Shown here piece by piece: positions 30,341-40,587 of a stretch of 64,000 bases of DNA. Position 1 is the stretch's first letter, and each line of letters starts with the position of its first letter. Made by a program: the position numbers and the translations under genes. This stretch comes from an uncultured Rivularia sp. (GTDB lineage: Bacteria; Cyanobacteriota; Cyanobacteriia; Cyanobacteriales; Nostocaceae), in contig OY762007.1 in the NCBI GenBank assembly GCA_963665115.1, positions 3,264,001 through 3,328,000 on the forward strand, given 5' to 3'. Under the pieces are notes generated by a model, which saw nothing but the letters and a program-made list of their open reading frames with translations, was not told where the DNA came from and did not search any database.

Positions 30341-33019
30341 TCAACTTGTTTCGGTTTCCTTTTTAGAGTTAGTACCTGAAGTCTTACTAGAAGTTTTAGC
30401 TTTAGTGGTAGTAGATTTTTTAGTACCCGAAGTCTTGGACTTAGTTGTTTTGCGAGTTGATTTACCCTTTGGTTCTTTACTGGCTAATAACTCCAATGCT
30501 TTCTCTAAAGTGATGCTTTCAACAGTTTCACCTTCGGGAATGCCGACATTGGTTTTACCATGCTTGATATAAACTCCATAAGGTCCTTCATAGACATTAA
30601 CTGGTTCTTCAGTATCTGGGTGAGAACCCAATTCCCGTAATGGCTTTTTCGATTTACTTCTGCTACCCCGTCCTTTTTTAGGCTCGGACAATAATTCTAA
30701 TGCTCTTGCAAAAGTGATGCTGAGTACATCATCACCTGCTTTTAAGGAACGGTAGTCTTTAGCATCTTTAGCATTGTGAACTACGTAAGGTCCAAAACGA
30801 CCCAGATTTGCTTGGATGCTAGCACCAGTTTCGGGGTGTTCTCCTAACTTTCTAGGAAGTGCCAATAAACCAACAGCCATTTCTACCGTTACGTTTTCTG
30901 GATCTACTTTTTTAGGTAGCGATGCTTGTTTTGGTTTGGGATTTTCTTCAGATTTTTCGCCTAATTGTACGTAGGGGCCGTAAGGGCCAATCAACATGAA
31001 AATGGGCTGTGCAGTTTCTGGATGAATACCGACTTGATCGGGGCCTTCAGTTTTTTGTTTGAGTAACTTTTCTACTTTTGCCGGATCGAGATCGGCTGGA
31101 GTCAAGTCTCTGGGAATAGAAGCTGTAACTATCTCATCGCCATTTTCGGCTTCCAAATAAGCGCCAAATTTCCCGATGCGGATTTTAACATTTGGAATGT
31201 CTAAATCTACGGTTCTGGATGTATTGATATCAATTTGGCTTTCTCTTTCCTTAACCAAGGTATCTAAACCTTGTTCCCCTAAATAGAATTTTTGCAGGTA
31301 AGGTAGCCATTCTGCTTCCCCTCTGGAAATATCATCAAGGGTTTGCTCCATTTTGGAGGTAAAGCTAGGATCGATGATTTCACAGAAGTGAGTTTCCAGT
31401 AACTTGGTAACGGCGAAAGCTGTAAATGTCGGAATCAAGGCATTACCAGTTAACTGCGCGTAGCCTTTATCAATAATGGTACCGATAATGCTGGCATAGG
31501 TACTGGGACGACCAATTCCTTCACTTTCTAACGTTTTGACCAAAGTAGCTTCAGTGTACCTGGCAGGAGGTTGGGTTTCATGACCTACAGTTTCAAGTTC
31601 TTTGCAATTTGGATTATCGCCAACTTTGAGGTTGGGTAAAATTACTTCCTTATCTTCAAGGGCTGCTTCAGGATCGTCGGAACCTTCGACATAAGCGCGT
31701 AAAAATCCAGGAAAATCAATTCGCTTACCAGAAGAACGAAAACCTGCATCTTCAACCTGCAAATGCATAGTGATTTGAGTTTGTCTCGCATCTGCCATTT
31801 GACAAGCAACGGTACGTTTCCAAATCAAATCGTACAATTGCATTTCCCTACCGCTCAAGCCAGTTTCTTGGGGAGTGCGGAAACTGCTTCCAGCAGGACG
31901 AATCGCTTCGTGTGCTTCTTGAGCGCTCTTAGATTTTGTCGTGTATTTTCTCGGTTGTGGCGACAAAAATTCTTTGCCGTAGAGTTTTTGCACGCATTCT
32001 CTGGCAGCGGTTAGCGCTTGTTCCGACAAATACACCGAGTCGGTACGCATATAGGTGATATACCCCTGCTCGTAAAGATTTTGAGCAACCCGCATCGTAT
32101 CGCGTGCAGAAAGCCGTAACTTACGGTTGGATTCCTGCTGCAAAGTCGAAGTGGTAAAGGGGGGTGCTGGTTTGCGCGTTACAGGACGTTCCTCAAGGTT
32201 GGCAACCTTCCAAGTTTTGTCAGCGATGCGTGCTTTAAGGGCTTCGGCTTCCTCTTGGTTAAGTAGTACAACCTTACGACCTACGGTAATTTGTCCGGTT
32301 GCGGCATCGAAATCGCTACCAGTCGCTAGCTTAGTTCCTCCCAAAGTTACTAACACGGAACTAAATGATTGCTCCTTATTAGATTGAGGATTCAAAATCG
32401 CTTTTAAATCCCAATAGGAACCTTGATTAAAAGCACGACGTTCCCGTTCTCGCTGCACTAACAATCGCACCGCTACAGACTGTACTCTTCCGGCAGACAA
32501 ACCCCAAGCGATTTTTTTCCACAACAAAGGCGAAAGAGTATAACCTACCAATCGATCCAAAATTCGTCGCGTTTCTTGGGCGCGAACCACTTGTTCATCT
32601 ACATTGCGGGTATTTTTCAGCGCTTTTTTAATTGCTTCAGAGGTAATCTCGTGAAATACCATCCGCTTTGTAGGAACTTTCGGTTTTAACAGCTGGAATA
32701 AATGCCAGCTGATACTTTCCCCTTCTCTATCTTCGTCAGTCGCCAAAATCAATTCGGTTGCTTCCTTGAGCGCTTGTTTAAGCTGAGTAACAACCTGCTT
32801 TTTGGTTTTGGGAACTACATATAGCGGTTCAAAATTTGATTCTACATTTACTCCCAACTTCGCCCATTCTTCTCCTTTGACAGCGGCGGGAATTTCACTA
32901 GCGGACTGTGGTAAATCACGGACATGACCCATCGAAGCTTCTACTCGATAATCTGATGGTAAGTAGTTACGAATAGTTTTAGCTTTGGTCGGAGATTCGA
33001 CAATAACGAGAGTTGACAT
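30341..33019 (-). CDS. topA: DNA topoisomerase I (type IA) with C-terminal repeats and Lys-rich tail
   Basis: LVIVESPTKAKTI, ATDEDREGE, SAGRVQS, ITYMRTDS, QEAHEAIRP, GIGRPSTYA. Confidence 0.98.
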   Translation of the reverse strand: MSTLVIVESPTKAKTIRNYLPSDYRVEASMGHVRDLPQSASEIPAAVKGEEWAKLGVNVESNFEPLYVVPKTKKQVVTQLKQALKEATELILATDEDREGESISWHLFQLLKPKVPTKRMVFHEITSEAIKKALKNTRNVDEQVVRAQETRRILDRLVGYTLSPLLWKKIAWGLSAGRVQSVAVRLLVQRERERRAFNQGSYWDLKAILNPQSNKEQSFSSVLVTLGGTKLATGSDFDAATGQITVGRKVVLLNQEEAEALKARIADKTWKVANLEERPVTRKPAPPFTTSTLQQESNRKLRLSARDTMRVAQNLYEQGYITYMRTDSVYLSEQALTAARECVQKLYGKEFLSPQPRKYTTKSKSAQEAHEAIRPAGSSFRTPQETGLSGREMQLYDLIWKRTVACQMADARQTQITMHLQVEDAGFRSSGKRIDFPGFLRAYVEGSDDPEAALEDKEVILPNLKVGDNPNCKELETVGHETQPPARYTEATLVKTLESEGIGRPSTYASIIGTIIDKGYAQLTGNALIPTFTAFAVTKLLETHFCEIIDPSFTSKMEQTLDDISRGEAEWLPYLQKFYLGEQGLDTLVKERESQIDINTSRTVDLDIPNVKIRIGKFGAYLEAENGDEIVTASIPRDLTPADLDPAKVEKLLKQKTEGPDQVGIHPETAQPIFMLIGPYGPYVQLGEKSEENPKPKQASLPKKVDPENVTVEMAVGLLALPRKLGEHPETGASIQANLGRFGPYVVHNAKDAKDYRSLKAGDDVLSITFARALELLSEPKKGRGSRSKSKKPLRELGSHPDTEEPVNVYEGPYGVYIKHGKTNVGIPEGETVESITLEKALELLASKEPKGKSTRKTTKSKTSGTKKSTTTKAKTSSKTSGTNSKKETETS

Positions 33020-33507
33020 GGAAATTTCAAGAAGAATATGGCTGCTAGACTAAACAGTCAAAGTGAGACAATCGATAGAAAAATGTCATTTAAACTACTG
33101 CTTTTTCTAGGCAATAACTTTTATATAAAATGCCCAGCTTTATTAAAAAACCCTTTTTAGTAGGGGTTTCAAACCCCGAGTTCTTTTCAAAAGGCAATTG
33201 TATTTGCCTCTCAAAGGTAAGATAGTTTAAATCGGGTTATCAAGAAAGGCAGTCCTTTTCAATCTTTAACTTATATTGGACGTAATTGGCGACTACCATT
33301 TTTATTTATTTCTCTTTTAAGTCATATAAACCAAGCAAAATACACGAGGCAAATGCTTACTGGACAGGTGAAACAGAGATTTTTGACAAGCATATTTTAC
33401 AATTTTTCATAGTTAGCGTTTTGCCAATATCTAGCATTGTGCCAAAATAAAATTTAAACAAGTACCGTATTTTAAACAAATTATTTCACTACCAAGCGAG
33501 GAAAATC

Positions 33508-33801
33508 ATGAAACCCTACCGTCAAGGCGATGTAATTTTACTTCCCGTCAAGCAAGCCGAAGGTCAAAAAATTCGGCATCTGACTTTAGCCCAAGGAGAA
33601 GTTACCGGACATAAGCACCGTATTTCTGAAGGAGATGCACAACTGTATGCAGAAAATACTGATTTATATTTAAGTATTTTTTCAGGAAAAGCAACGTTAG
33701 TTCATGAAGAACATGGTTCTATTTCTGTCCCTCAAGGAAACTGGAAGGTGCTAATTCAGCGCGAATATGAACCCGAAGGATGGCGATATGTTGCCGATTA
33801 A
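33508..33801 (+). CDS. conserved hypothetical protein (RQGDV / GExTGHxH / HEEH family)
   Basis: YRQGDVIL, LAQGEVTGHKH, LVHEEH, QREYEP; GAGG RBS. Confidence 0.75.
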   Translation: MKPYRQGDVILLPVKQAEGQKIRHLTLAQGEVTGHKHRISEGDAQLYAENTDLYLSIFSGKATLVHEEHGSISVPQGNWKVLIQREYEPEGWRYVAD

Positions 33802-34126
33802 ATTGTTAATAAAATAGCAATTTATGGCGGCTGTGGTGTAGAAGTTCGATTTTTTGGCTTTTGTCAATACAACTCTACTCATATTAAATAAACTCTTTCA
33901 TCTATTAACCGGATATTACTGCTTGTTAATCATCAATTGATTACTTTAAACCGAAGTCATATTTATTGCTTGAGTATTTATGCCCCATAGCTACCCTTTT
34001 CATTTAGAAGCAAGTGCTACTTACTATTCACCCATAACTCAAATAAGATATTATGGTTTTTCAGTATTTAATATGCTATTTGAATAGTCTAAAAAAGGGA
34101 ATAGGCAAAAGGGAATAGGGAATGGC

Positions 34127-34213
34127 GAAAAGTTCGGTCTTAGGGGTTTCCACGCCACTTCCTACAACGGAGAGAACCTTAGCAACGGAGTAGTTCCCTA
34201 AGAGTAACTTTTC
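34127..34213. repeat. nested small dispersed repeats (outer GAAAAGTT..AACTTTTC, inner 44-bp ACGCCAC..CTACAACG..GCAACG element)
   Basis: inner element 34152-34195 resembles 36798-36842. Confidence 0.6.
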
Positions 34214-34541
34214 AAGCCAGGGAATAAAGGACAAAAGCGAACGCAATACTTGTGAATTAACCATTAGAATCACGTGCAGTAAGTGTTATAGAGCTTTTTA
34301 TCAAAAAATTAGCATATCAGAAACTGAAGAACCGACGTTATTTAAACCATATTTAAACTATTTATTAAATTAAGCAAAGTTATTACCAGAAAAACAATTA
34401 AATTAAATTATCAAAAATATAGTCAAAACTAATAGTTCTTTTTAGCTTGCGTAATTGGCGAAAAGTATTTTACACAGTGGCAATTAAGAATAAGCCGATA
34501 AGCGCAAAAAAGTTGTGGTAGGATAATCCAGGAGAAGTACG

Positions 34542-34628
34542 TTCGGTAATTGTGTTCTTGTTATTAAGTAAAAGTCGCAATCAGCTTTCCGGATGTCCCC
34601 TCTGCACGGTTGGATTCTGGAGAGTCTC
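34542..34628 (+). promoter_or_regulatory. rbp 5' leader with conserved boxes (TTCGGTAA ... TTTCCGGA ... GGAGA RBS)
   Basis: TTCGG 34542-34546 can pair with CCGGA 34589-34593; resembles boxes I/III described for cyanobacterial cold-regulated rbp leaders. Confidence 0.45.
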
Positions 34629-34916
34629 ATGTCAATATACGTTGGAAATCTATCATACGATGTTACTCAGGAAGACCTTAGTAAGGTATTTGCTGAGTAC
34701 GGTGGTGTCAAAAGCGTTCAGTTACCTAGCGATCGCGAAACTGGCAGGTCTAGAGGTTTTGGTTTTGTAGAAATGGAATCAGAAGACGCAGAAAGTTCAG
34801 CTATTCAAGCTTTAGATGGGGCTGAATGGATGGGTCGCGCAATGAAGGTCAATAAAGCAAGACCGCGAGAAGACCGAGGTAACAGACGCTCTGGTGGTGG
34901 TGGAAGTTGGGGTTAG
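34629..34916 (+). CDS. RRM RNA-binding protein (cyanobacterial Rbp family) with short Gly-rich tail
   Basis: MSIYVGNLSY RNP2, RGFGFVEM RNP1, LDGAEWMGR..KVNKA.PRE. Confidence 0.95.
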   Translation: MSIYVGNLSYDVTQEDLSKVFAEYGGVKSVQLPSDRETGRSRGFGFVEMESEDAESSAIQALDGAEWMGRAMKVNKARPREDRGNRRSGGGGSWG

Positions 34917-35203
34917 CGATTGGCCGCACGGCTGCGCCGAATATAAAATAATACTTTGGCAATACTAATTGAATATTGGTCGCGATCGCTCGCTTCTTCC
35001 AACAATAATTATCTGCTTTCAGAGAACATAGTTGGTAAAAAGTTGTTTTAAATCGTAAAACCAAGATTAACACCGTTGCCACAGTATATTTAGCTACGTG
35101 AATCGCTGAGATTCTGTTAGCCTTTGTGCGAAGTCGTGGCATTATTAAAAATTAAAATATACCGCAGACGTTAAATTGCAATTTTCTTACCTTTCTTAGG
35201 TGG

Positions 35204-35461
35204 GAAGGCTCCCGCTTACACGTAGTAAAGCGGCTTCGCACAAAGCCGAGGCAGAGTTTGCGGTATTATCGAAAATGTAGGTGTAGTCCAATTAAATGCA
35301 GAAATGCAGCCTAAAAATTAAAACAACAATCTCATAGAAGTCCCTAGGGCGTAGGGCTTCAAAGCATCTCCTCCGGAGACGCTGCGCTAACGGTTAATGT
35401 TCTCATAGAGGAGTCGCCGAGAAGCGTACATAATATCTGTGATTTGATGTAAGTACGTCAC
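35204..35461 (+). mobile_element. probable degenerate, internally deleted IS200/IS605-family remnant
   Basis: left subterminal hairpin CCGCTT..AAGCGG, decayed tnpB-like C-terminal frame (KCRC..NAA*KLKQ), right end GAGAAGCGTAC..GTACGTCAC ending in TCAC. Confidence 0.4.
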
Positions 35462-35798
35462 TTAGGGGCAGGCTACAGCCGAAATGCCCCTAGTTATTTT
35501 TTTTTACTACTAAGTATCAATAAAGCCTTGAATACTAAACCAAATATGGATTATTTTTTGTAGTGTTGCCATCTTGCGGACACAAATATCCATTTTTTTC
35601 TTTTTTCACAGAAATAACTATTATAAAATACCATAAAAATGCTGTCTTTAGGTAATTTTAACTAGTTGTTACCGTAACTTCAAATTAAGCTTAAGTTTTT
35701 TTATCTAAGTAAGCATCTTAAATTTATAATTTTTCTACAGATAAAGGATATCGTTAATTAGATAAATAAATTATTTGATATTAACCCATTAAGAAACG

Positions 35799-36731
35799 AT
35801 GTCATATCCGAAAGTAACGCTGGTAGTTGTGCCAAATGAATGCTTCAATTATACGCAACAGTCATTAGAAAGTATTTATAAATACACAAATATTCCTTTT
35901 AAATTAGTTTACGTAGATGGTTACTCACCTAAGAAAGTCAGGCAGTATCTTGAAGCACAATCTCAAGAAAAAGGATTTCGCTTAATACGTACAGATAAGT
36001 ATGTATCTCCCAATCAAGCTCGTAATATTGGTTTACAACACGTTGATACCGAATATGTTGTTTTTATCAATAATGATGTGTTAGTCACTGTTGATTGGTT
36101 AAATAAGCTGATGCAATGCGCTCAAAAAACTGGCTCTTCAGCAGTTAGTCCCCTTTGCTTGCAGGGAAGTTCAGAAAATCTTTCGATCCACTCTGCTGGA
36201 GGTTCTTTAGAGTTTCAATACAAGGATGGAAATTTAGATTTATTCGAGAAAAGGCCATTCATCGAAAACTCTTTTGAAAAAGTGCAACCTTTGCTAACCA
36301 GCGAACCTACCCAAATAATACATTTCAGTTGCGTTTTAATACATACAGCAATTTTACAAAAAATAGGTAATTTCGATGAAGACTTAATTAATTTTGGTCA
36401 AGATATTGATTTTTCTTTATCAGTTTTTGCAATAGGTGGGACTATTTATTTAGAGCCACAGAGTATTGTTAATTATCTTCCGGTTAGAGAATTAAAATTT
36501 TCAGACATCCCTTATTATTTATTAATTTGGAATTATGTTTGGAAACGCAAAAGTATTAACTATTTTCAGGAAAAATGGGGTTTAGCTAAGGATGCAAAGT
36601 TTATAACCGATTTGCTTGATAAGGCACAGCAGAATACAAATTTACCATTGCAATCGCTAAAGGAATTAACTCAAAAGTTGTACGTTAATGAAGATTATCA
36701 CAGAAATCCTAGAATTTTTAAACGCTCTTAG
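35799..36731 (+). CDS. glycosyltransferase family 2
   Basis: KVTLVVV..LVYVDG.S..ARNIGL..EYVVFINNDV, IGNFDE, QDIDFS. Confidence 0.88.
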   Translation: MSYPKVTLVVVPNECFNYTQQSLESIYKYTNIPFKLVYVDGYSPKKVRQYLEAQSQEKGFRLIRTDKYVSPNQARNIGLQHVDTEYVVFINNDVLVTVDWLNKLMQCAQKTGSSAVSPLCLQGSSENLSIHSAGGSLEFQYKDGNLDLFEKRPFIENSFEKVQPLLTSEPTQIIHFSCVLIHTAILQKIGNFDEDLINFGQDIDFSLSVFAIGGTIYLEPQSIVNYLPVRELKFSDIPYYLLIWNYVWKRKSINYFQEKWGLAKDAKFITDLLDKAQQNTNLPLQSLKELTQKLYVNEDYHRNPRIFKRS

Positions 36732-36782
36732 AAGGTATGTTGGAAAATCTAGGAAAATCTAATTTAATTTAAATTTTTACCT

Positions 36783-36875
36783 GGCGGTTGAAACCGCACG
36801 GCAGTCGCTACAACGCGGTTGTTTCCGCACAACGCACTGGCTTTGCTACACAAGCGAAGTCCACCTGCGTGGACT
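36783..36875. repeat. composite dispersed repeat (GCGGTTGAAACCGC..AGTCCACCTGCGTGGACT) with nested 45-bp insert at 36798-36842
   Basis: two short hairpins separated by GCTACACAAGCG; same architecture as the core of 52334-52455. Confidence 0.6.
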
Positions 36876-36899
36876 ATCAGGTTTAAATATTTTCAAAAG

Positions 36900-37157
36900 C
36901 TACCATTTCAAAAATGCTGCTTCAACTCCGTCTTGTCGTCTAATTTTGCCATCTTTTTCAAACCAAGCAATAATTTGCTGCGTAGTTAATTCTTCAATCG
37001 CAATACTGTTTTCTTTCGCTATTTGTTGCAATACTCTCAATGAAGAAATTGTCAATCTAGTTAAAAATTTCTCTGGAGAAGAAAGCAAAGCAGCATCAAC
37101 TTTTGCTGATTCTTCTAAAGACAAAAATTGTGTTGTTGGTTGCTGTTGAAAATCCAT
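36900..37157 (-). CDS. conserved hypothetical protein downstream of sufR
   Basis: 85 aa, co-oriented with sufR, FLSLEESAKVDAALLSSPEKFLTRLTISS..FLKW. Confidence 0.75.
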   Translation of the reverse strand: MDFQQQPTTQFLSLEESAKVDAALLSSPEKFLTRLTISSLRVLQQIAKENSIAIEELTTQQIIAWFEKDGKIRRQDGVEAAFLKW

Positions 37158-37241
37158 AATCTATATTAATAATGGGCATTGGGAATTGGGCATGGAGCAT
37201 GGGGCATTGAGTTTATATTAATAACTTATAACTCCTAACTC

Positions 37242-37904
37242 CTACTTCGCCTGTATCAAATAACCACACCTGTGTTCGCCATCAATTATCCAATGAGTAC
37301 GCTCTACCGTACAATCGGGTAAAACGGCAGCAAACATTTCTAATTCATGCCCGCAAACGCTGGGAAATGATTCTGCGACGTTGGAAATTGCACAATTATG
37401 CTCTAGAAAAATAAATTTATTTTGGTTTTCTGGTTCTGAAGCTTCTACAGGATAATATTCTGCCATAAAACCTTCAGCTTTTCTTAATTCCACTAACGCA
37501 GCTACTCTTTGCTGAAGAGAACCCTTAGCCAAATGTTGCTGATATTCTTCGGCTTTACGCTGCCATTGTTTCTGTAAAATCGAACTTACTTGGTCTCGTC
37601 CTACTGTTTCTGTTAAAGTGTCTAATAAGGAAACAGTAAATTTACCATAGCTATCCCCAATCTCTCGACGCAGGCGCTCTTTTCCCTTGTCGCTCAATCG
37701 GTAAACGTGTTGAGGTCGTCCCATCCCTATTTGTTCGGAGGAATAACTTATTAACTCTTCACCCTCCAAATCTTTTAGATGACGACGAATCGCTTGAGGG
37801 CTAACTTTTAAGGTCTCCGAAAGCTGTAAAGCTGTAGCCTGGACTTCTTTGAGCAGATATTTCAAGATATCTTGTTTGGTTGAGGACTGGTGGGTAGTTT
37901 CCAT
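37242..37904 (-). CDS. sufR: Fe-S cluster biosynthesis transcriptional regulator SufR
   Basis: HTH (SPQAIRRHLKDLE..MGRPQHVY), C-X12-C..E..C-X14-C; divergent from sufB. Confidence 0.95.
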   Translation of the reverse strand: METTHQSSTKQDILKYLLKEVQATALQLSETLKVSPQAIRRHLKDLEGEELISYSSEQIGMGRPQHVYRLSDKGKERLRREIGDSYGKFTVSLLDTLTETVGRDQVSSILQKQWQRKAEEYQQHLAKGSLQQRVAALVELRKAEGFMAEYYPVEASEPENQNKFIFLEHNCAISNVAESFPSVCGHELEMFAAVLPDCTVERTHWIIDGEHRCGYLIQAK

Positions 37905-37941
37905 CGTCGTCCTAAAAATATTAAAGAAAATTTCACTTTGA

Positions 37942-37955
37942 CAACATTATTGTTG
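37942..37955. promoter_or_regulatory. SufR operator CAAC-N6-GTTG (sufR-proximal)
   Basis: CAAC ATTATT GTTG. Confidence 0.8.
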
Positions 37956-37987
37956 TTAATCTAGCGTAAAATGAAGATACATTAAAA

Positions 37988-38001
37988 CAACTTAGCTGTT
38001 G
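37988..38001. promoter_or_regulatory. SufR operator CAAC-N6-GTTG (sufB-proximal, extended palindrome)
   Basis: TAAAACAAC TTAGCT GTTGTTTTA at 37983-38006. Confidence 0.85.
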
Positions 38002-38131
38002 TTTTAGTCTTCACCATTATTGTAACAGTCGCGTGGCTCACAGTCACGTTTGAGTGGGAATTAGCTATTTTATAGCCCCTCTCCCAACCTTAAAGAGAGA
38101 ACAAGCGAAGCGAACGCGAGAGATATTAGCG

Positions 38132-39568
38132 ATGAGTGCTACTGCAAAAACCTTAGTCAACCAGCCTTACAAGTACGGTTTTGTTACCGACATTGAGACA
38201 GATTCTATTCCTCGCGGACTCGATGAGGACGTGATTCGCGTAATTAGTGCGAAGAAAAACGAGCCGGAATTTATGCTGGAGTTTCGCCTCAAAGCTTACC
38301 GCCAGTGGCTCAAAATGACGGAACCTGATTGGGCTAGCGTTGGCTATCCTGCGATTGATTATCAAAATATTATTTATTATTCAGCACCCAAGCAAAGTGC
38401 TAAGAAGCAGAGTTTGGATGAAGTAGATCCAACTTTATTGGAAACCTTTGAGAAGTTGGGTATTCCTTTATCGGAACAGAAACGTTTGGCGAATGTTGCT
38501 GTCGATGCAATTTTCGATAGCGTATCTGTAGCAACTACTTTTAAAGAAAAGCTGGCTGAAGAAGGTGTTATTTTCTGCTCGATTTCTGAAGCTTTACAGG
38601 AACATCCAGAATTAATCCAGAAGTATCTCGGTAGCGTGGTTCCCATTGCCGATAATTACTTTGCGGCTTTGAATGCTGCTGTTTTCAGCGATGGTTCTTT
38701 TGTGTTTATTCCTAAAGGCGTAAAATGCCCGATGGAATTATCTACTTATTTTCGGATTAATAATGGCGATACCGGACAATTTGAACGAACTTTAATTGTT
38801 GCCGAAGAAGATAGTTACGTATCTTATCTCGAAGGTTGTACCGCGCCAATGTACGATAGCAACCAGCTACACGCTGCTGTTGTCGAATTGGTAACGCTGG
38901 ATAATGCCGAAATTAAATACTCTACCGTACAAAACTGGTATGCGGGAGATGAAAACGGCAAAGGCGGTATTTACAATTTCGTAACCAAACGCGGTTTGTG
39001 TAAAGGGAAAAATTCCAAAATATCTTGGACTCAGGTAGAAACTGGTTCAGCTATTACTTGGAAGTATCCGAGTTGCGTTTTAATCGGCGATAATTCCGTT
39101 GGTGAATTTTATTCGGTAGCGCTGACTAATAATATGCAGCAAGCCGACACCGGAACTAAAATGGTTCACGTTGGTAAGAACACTCGTTCTACAATTATTT
39201 CTAAAGGAATTTCTGCGGGTAAATCTAGCAACAGCTATCGGGGTTTGGTGAAAGTTAATCCTACAGCTGATGGGGCAAGAAATTATTCTCAATGCGACTC
39301 AATGTTGATTGGAGATAATGCTCATGCCAACACTTTCCCTTATATTCAAGTCCAGAATAATAAAGGAAAAGTAGAACATGAAGCTTCTACTTCCAAAATT
39401 GGGGAAGATCAACTATTTTACTTTTCTCAACGAGGCATTTCCACAGAAGATGCGATCGCGATGATGATTAGCGGCTTTTGTAAGGATGTTTTTAATCAGC
39501 TTCCAATGGAGTTCGCTGTAGAAGCCGATAAATTATTGAGTTTGAAATTGGAAGGAAGCGTTGGATAG
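38132..39568 (+). CDS. sufB: Fe-S cluster assembly protein SufB
   Basis: [35 protein letters not shown] 38132. Confidence 0.98.
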   Translation: MSATAKTLVNQPYKYGFVTDIETDSIPRGLDEDVIRVISAKKNEPEFMLEFRLKAYRQWLKMTEPDWASVGYPAIDYQNIIYYSAPKQSAKKQSLDEVDPTLLETFEKLGIPLSEQKRLANVAVDAIFDSVSVATTFKEKLAEEGVIFCSISEALQEHPELIQKYLGSVVPIADNYFAALNAAVFSDGSFVFIPKGVKCPMELSTYFRINNGDTGQFERTLIVAEEDSYVSYLEGCTAPMYDSNQLHAAVVELVTLDNAEIKYSTVQNWYAGDENGKGGIYNFVTKRGLCKGKNSKISWTQVETGSAITWKYPSCVLIGDNSVGEFYSVALTNNMQQADTGTKMVHVGKNTRSTIISKGISAGKSSNSYRGLVKVNPTADGARNYSQCDSMLIGDNAHANTFPYIQVQNNKGKVEHEASTSKIGEDQLFYFSQRGISTEDAIAMMISGFCKDVFNQLPMEFAVEADKLLSLKLEGSVG

Positions 39569-39571
39569 TTT

Positions 39572-39769
39572 GTAGTTGCGCTTAAGCGCCTCCGAATTTT
39601 GTTTAGGTTTTAACAATGGATACATCTATTTTTAATTTTGAATTGAATCAGAATTTCGATGAAATCCTGTTGAGTGAAATCCTGTTGTAAGTAGGTAACA
39701 GCACTTGCTTTAAATAAATCTAAAATCTAAAACTGAAATCTTTTGGCGGATGCGCTGAAGCGCTACTAC
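39572..39769. mobile_element. MITE-like element between sufB and sufC
   Basis: ends GTAGTTGCGCTTAAGCGCCTCCG / CGGATGCGCTGAAGCGCTACTAC match the 23384-23450 palindrome; internal TGAAATCCTGTTG direct repeat. Confidence 0.6.
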
Positions 39770-39798
39770 GTACCTTTAAAAATAGAGAGTAAAAAGAA

Positions 39799-40587
39799 AT
39801 GATTATTGAAAATAGCAAAGTGGTGCTGTCAGTCAAAGATTTGACGGCAAATGTTGATGGCAATCAAATCCTCAAAGGTGTAAATCTTGAGGTACGTGCT
39901 GGTGAAATTCATGCGATTATGGGGCCAAATGGTTCTGGGAAAAGTACGTTTTCTAAGGTTTTGGCGGGACACCCTAGTTATGAAGTGACTGGTGGTGAAG
40001 TGGTTTTCCAAGCGGAAAATCTTTTGGAACTCGAACCTGAAGAACGTGCTAGGAATGGTGTATTCTTAGCTTTTCAATATCCTTTAGAAATACCTGGTGT
40101 CAGTAATTTAGACTTTTTGCGGGTAGCTTATAATTCTCGACGCAAAGCTCAAGGTTTAGAAGAAATTGATGCTTTTGATTTCGATGATTTGGTAGAGGAA
40201 AAGTTGGAAGTTGTCAAAATGGACTCTGCTTTTCTTAACCGCAGTTTAAATGAAGGGTTTTCTGGTGGTGAGAAAAAGCGCAATGAGATTTTGCAGATGG
40301 CGCTTTTGGAACCAGATTTAGCAATTTTGGATGAAACCGATTCTGGTTTAGATATTGATGCGCTGAAAATCGTAGCGAATGGCGTAAATCAACTGGCGAA
40401 TCAAGAAAACGCCACAATTATGATTACCCACTACCAGCGTTTGCTTGATTATATTGTGCCGGATTACGTTCACGTCATGGCAAAAGGGCGAATTATTAAA
40501 TCTGGTGGTAAAGAATTAGCTTTAGAATTGGAATCTCGCGGTTACGATTGGATTTTAGAAGAAGCTGGTGTTGAGGTTGGTGTGTAA
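39799..40587 (+). CDS. sufC: Fe-S cluster assembly ATPase SufC
   Basis: GPNGSGKST Walker [27 protein letters not shown]. Confidence 0.98.
   Translation: MIIENSKVVLSVKDLTANVDGNQILKGVNLEVRAGEIHAIMGPNGSGKSTFSKVLAGHPSYEVTGGEVVFQAENLLELEPEERARNGVFLAFQYPLEIPGVSNLDFLRVAYNSRRKAQGLEEIDAFDFDDLVEEKLEVVKMDSAFLNRSLNEGFSGGEKKRNEILQMALLEPDLAILDETDSGLDIDALKIVANGVNQLANQENATIMITHYQRLLDYIVPDYVHVMAKGRIIKSGGKELALELESRGYDWILEEAGVEVGV

Noticed and set aside
34895..34950. Possible frameshift shortening the Rbp Gly-rich tail
   Set aside because: No single indel yields a convincing Gly-rich/RRY C-terminus; cannot be supported
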